Source of the DNA: Escherichia phage vB_EcoM_WFK
Length of the DNA: 64,000 nucleotides
Sequence record: MK373775.1
Reading direction: 5' to 3' (one strand)
Under the pieces are notes generated by a model. The model worked only from the letters and a program-made list of their open reading frames with translations. It did not search any database and was not told the DNA's origin. Below, piece after piece: positions 61,233 through 64,000 of the stretch. Within the stretch, counting starts at the first letter, position 1, and every line of letters starts with the position of its first letter. The position numbers and the translations under genes were made by a program.

Positions 61233-61385
61233 TCAATTAGTTGACTTTGTTATAATATCATCAGACACTTGATTTGTAAACTGGTCTGTGTTATTTTCTT
61301 CAAAAATTTTTTCTACGAATTCCTTGAACGACTCACGTTCCTGAGCTGCATTATGCTCGATTACCATTTCAAGATTATGACTCAT
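61233..61385 (-). CDS. small acidic protein (50 aa), not in ORF track
   Basis: ATG overlaps stop of upstream gene (ATGA coupling). Confidence 0.3.
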   Translation of the reverse strand: MSHNLEMVIEHNAAQERESFKEFVEKIFEENNTDQFTNQVSDDIITKSTN

Positions 61386-61660
61386 TCGAAATAATCTTCA
61401 ATTTCGTAATCATGGACATAAATCATTATAGTTTTTAATACATCATCAATACTTTTTCCTGGAGCTGGAATTACGTAAAAATATCCTGCTTTTGAGAGGT
61501 CTTTATAAGTTCCAACCAAGAAATCATTATTCTCGAGATGTAGTTCTTCAACTAATTCATTAACAATTGAGTGGTATAAATTTGGTAGAAACTTATATAG
61601 CTTTTCTAGAATATCAATTTTGATTGTGTATTGAACCACAGACTGAGAATCAATAATCAT
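61382..61660 (-). CDS. hypothetical acidic protein, possibly Arn-like by position and size
   Basis: 92 aa, same length as T4 Arn; sequence not verifiable by eye. Confidence 0.35.
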   Translation of the reverse strand: MIIDSQSVVQYTIKIDILEKLYKFLPNLYHSIVNELVEELHLENNDFLVGTYKDLSKAGYFYVIPAPGKSIDDVLKTIMIYVHDYEIEDYFE

Positions 61661-61743
61661 AGACCTTCCCCTTATGTTTCTGTTTGCGATTAGATTCTTT
61701 AAACGCTTTCTTCTTATCTTTATGAACAGAAGCTTTATTAAAA

Positions 61744-61962
61744 TTATGTTTTGCGACTAAATTGTTCATAGTGCTGAATTACCTCTCTCAAACATTTGCA
61801 TGTGAATGAAAACTTTTTAGCTACACCACATTCAAATATATGTTCTCTTAAATCACATGTATCGGTATATCCCATCTCAACAATAAAATGCCGTATTAGA
61901 TTTTTATCTTTATCATTGAGAGAATTAAAATAATCAGATTTTGAATTAATTTCCCTGGCCAA
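61744..61962 (-). CDS. hypothetical Cys-containing small protein
   Basis: 72-aa ORF; C..C..C.C pattern. Confidence 0.4.
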   Translation of the reverse strand: MAREINSKSDYFNSLNDKDKNLIRHFIVEMGYTDTCDLREHIFECGVAKKFSFTCKCLREVIQHYEQFSRKT

Positions 61963-62242
61963 ATTGAATCACCTTCAGTTGACGTTTTAGTTCTTTTATC
62001 ATTTCTTCGTTCATCGCAATATAAAGATCGCGTAAAGCAGGTTTTAGCATTCCATTTACCGGAGAACTAAATGGGCATACATAATCTTTTCCTACGAGCT
62101 TTTTAGTGAATTCCATATCACAGAACTGAAATGCCGGTTCATTGGCATAAATTCCCCAATTAGTTGACATCATTTTATTGGCATATTCCAACGCCTGGAT
62201 TTGATTCATAATTCCATCAATTTGAAACTTTTTAATATTCAT
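61946..62242 (-). CDS. hypothetical protein (98 aa)
   Basis: ORF in asiA-motA cluster. Confidence 0.45.
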   Translation of the reverse strand: MNIKKFQIDGIMNQIQALEYANKMMSTNWGIYANEPAFQFCDMEFTKKLVGKDYVCPFSSPVNGMLKPALRDLYIAMNEEMIKELKRQLKVIQFGQGN

Positions 62243-62703
62243 TAATAAAGGTCCTCTGAATAAAGTTCTTTCTCACTTCCACCACGTTCAATACGTACCT
62301 GTCCAGCATATGTTGCAATAATCATTGCTTCTTCACGCGTCCAGTAATTAGAGTATTGGTCAATAAAACCTTGGTCGTCACCACAAACTTGTTGCGAGAC
62401 TAATTGAGGACCAACTATATCAAGTACTTCAGCCATATCTTTAGAGTAATGACGAACTCCAGGAATAATCAGAGTTCCGCCGCTCTTCAATTTAAACCTA
62501 TTAGCTGCACATACTATAACACGTTGAACTTTTTGGTCATTGTTCCAATAGCACGTTTGCCAACAGATTTCAGGAACTTCATTCATTATATCATCAGCAG
62601 AATAATTATAACCGTAGGACTGGAATTTTTCTGCTAGACTTTCAGGAGTCTCACGAGACAAGGCCAAATCTAATAGCTCTAAACGTTCTTTAAATGATTT
62701 CAT
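62242..62703 (-). CDS. hypothetical protein (153 aa)
   Basis: ORF with 1-nt start/stop overlap; no motif recognised. Confidence 0.5.
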   Translation of the reverse strand: MKSFKERLELLDLALSRETPESLAEKFQSYGYNYSADDIMNEVPEICWQTCYWNNDQKVQRVIVCAANRFKLKSGGTLIIPGVRHYSKDMAEVLDIVGPQLVSQQVCGDDQGFIDQYSNYWTREEAMIIATYAGQVRIERGGSEKELYSEDLY

Positions 62704-63029
62704 TTAAACCATTCCTTAATACGTTGCCAAATAGATTTTTGTGCTTGTTTATTTACACCAATCGAACGAATAACCGGTTGTGATTGCTGATATTCTTTAT
62801 AATCTTCTTTATAGATTTCGTAAGCCGCATCAACAAATGAACTGATCGCTGCCATGTAGTTTTTACGAAGGCCAAATGGCGCATCATTATTTTCACGAAT
62901 AACCATATATTGGCCTGCTTTAATCTTTACAATTGTCCCTAAATAAGCCCCGTGGTACCAAATATCCCATCCTTCCTGAGTAGGTTCTGCACATTTACGA
63001 AGTTCGTTAATAATATTCAGCTTATTCAT
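62700..63029 (-). CDS. hypothetical protein (109 aa)
   Basis: ORF directly downstream of motA. Confidence 0.45.
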   Translation of the reverse strand: MNKLNIINELRKCAEPTQEGWDIWYHGAYLGTIVKIKAGQYMVIRENNDAPFGLRKNYMAAISSFVDAAYEIYKEDYKEYQQSQPVIRSIGVNKQAQKSIWQRIKEWFK

Positions 63030-63039
63030 TATGTATTCC

Positions 63040-63672
63040 TCACAGTACGTTAGTTACAAGGGTAATGATTTCTTTGGACACATTAGGGAAGTCAATGTAA
63101 GTATATTTACCACCGATCTTAATCTTAACATCATTTTCAAGAGAAGTAAACAGCTTTGATTCAGTTTCTGACATGTTGTATGCAAAGATTCTAAGAGCGC
63201 CATCTCGACGAATTTCGATCTGACGAATACCTAGAACTCGTTTTGCAAATCGAACTTCCAAGTTACTACGGTTTTCACCAATTTCCTTAACTTCAACTTT
63301 ATCTTTAATATTTTCAAAAACAAAGTTTGCTAGTTCATGCATTTCAGGAGTAACTCCACGTGCTTTTCTAGTGTTACGTTTCTGAAGAAGTTCTGGAGCA
63401 TTTTCTTGAGCAAATAGGTCTGCAGCTTTTTGGATAATATCCATTGCTTCGCCTGTTGCTACAAGTCCATCACCAGATTTTTCGACTAAACCTTTCTTAA
63501 TCAATACACCAATGTTAGAGTTAACAACCGATGCATTGTATTCTGCTTCCAGAGCTTCACGGACATTGGCAGCAGTGGTGAAGTTGTTCTTAATGATATA
63601 AACCATTATTGCAGCAGTTTTTTCATTCAGAACGTTTTCAGAAGCTTTGATGATGTAAGTAACTTTAGACAT
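63040..63672 (-). CDS. motA: middle-transcription activator MotA
   Basis: 210 aa; early promoter upstream; synteny. Confidence 0.85.
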   Translation of the reverse strand: MSKVTYIIKASENVLNEKTAAIMVYIIKNNFTTAANVREALEAEYNASVVNSNIGVLIKKGLVEKSGDGLVATGEAMDIIQKAADLFAQENAPELLQKRNTRKARGVTPEMHELANFVFENIKDKVEVKEIGENRSNLEVRFAKRVLGIRQIEIRRDGALRIFAYNMSETESKLFTSLENDVKIKIGGKYTYIDFPNVSKEIITLVTNVL

Positions 63673-63711
63673 TTTATTTCTCCAATTTGGTTGTTTTGTT
63701 TTGATAGGTCT

Positions 63712-63740
63712 ATAATATCATGTTTTAAGCACATGTAAAC
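63712..63740 (-). promoter_or_regulatory. T4-type early promoter (motA)
   Basis: GTTTAC, 17-nt spacer, TATTAT. Confidence 0.5.
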
Positions 63741-63765
63741 TGTTTTGTGAGAAAAATGCACAAAA

Positions 63766-63781
63766 GGGAGCCGAAGCTCCC
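63766..63781 (-). terminator. stem-loop upstream of motA promoter
   Basis: GGGAGC-cgaa-GCTCCC. Confidence 0.5.
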
Positions 63782-63857
63782 TAATCATGCTTGTCCAACC
63801 AATACAGCCAAATCACTAGTGCAGCTATTGCACCGAGAAATCCTAAGGCTAGGGCAC

Positions 63858-64000
63858 TCAAAGTGCCTCCAAGTCTTTAGTGTACTCTGTCACAACATCA
63901 GTAGACTTCCAATACTCATTTTCTTCTTTCTTAGCTTTAGCTTCTTCTGCTAGTTTACGTGCTTCATCGGAAGTGATATGGAAGATGTTAAGTCCTACCA
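63858..64000 (-). CDS. partial CDS (C-terminal 46 codons), possibly gene 52 by synteny only
   Basis: Open frame from window end to TGA at 63858-63860. Confidence 0.3.
   Translation of the reverse strand, partial: VGLNIFHITSDEARKLAEEAKAKKEENEYWKSTDVVTEYTKDLEAL

Noticed and set aside
61650-61769. 39-aa very basic minus-strand ORF whose stop overlaps the start of the 92-aa gene
   Set aside because: It overlaps the 3' end of the 72-aa ORF by 26 nt and its RBS spacing is poor; cannot tell which of the two is real.
63841-63868. Short hairpin GGCAC-tcaaa-GTGCC at the stop codon of the terminal partial ORF, considered as terminator
   Set aside because: Only a 5-bp stem with no U-tract, overlapping the stop codon; too weak to call.

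Overview
This window is a contiguous segment of a T4-like (Tevenvirinae) myovirus genome. All calls rest on recognising protein motifs, protein lengths and T4 gene order by eye; no database search was run. It holds the late structural block 18-19-20-67-68-21-22-23-24, then rnlB, hoc-like, inh-like, uvsW, uvsY, baseplate and tail genes 25-26-51-27-28-29-48-54, and a long minus-strand early/middle region: alt, DNA ligase 30 with the 30.x cluster, rIII, 31, cd, pseT, spanins, alc, rnlA, denA, nrdB, nrdA, td, frd, 32, 59, 33, dsbA, rnh. It ends with tail-fibre genes 34-38, holin t, asiA, motA and a partial upstream ORF. Four things stand out. (1) Gene 34 is interrupted by an exact Illumina Nextera adapter/P5 sequence, poly-A, junk and a 55-bp duplicated flank; this is an assembly artefact, not biology. 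(2) A complete AroG-type DAHP synthase sits between cd and the pseT module, translationally coupled to cd; this is the most interesting biological candidate. (3) nrdB carries a group I intron with a full-length HNH endonuclease (I-TevIII-like), and a separate free-standing HNH endonuclease lies between td and nrdA, while td has no intron. (4) The tail-fibre tip is T2-type: gp37 has a C-terminal intramolecular-chaperone domain and gp38 is a glycine-rich adhesin. Several ORF-track starts look too long because an early promoter lies downstream of the first start codon. Many antisense ORFs in the track are shadows of real genes.
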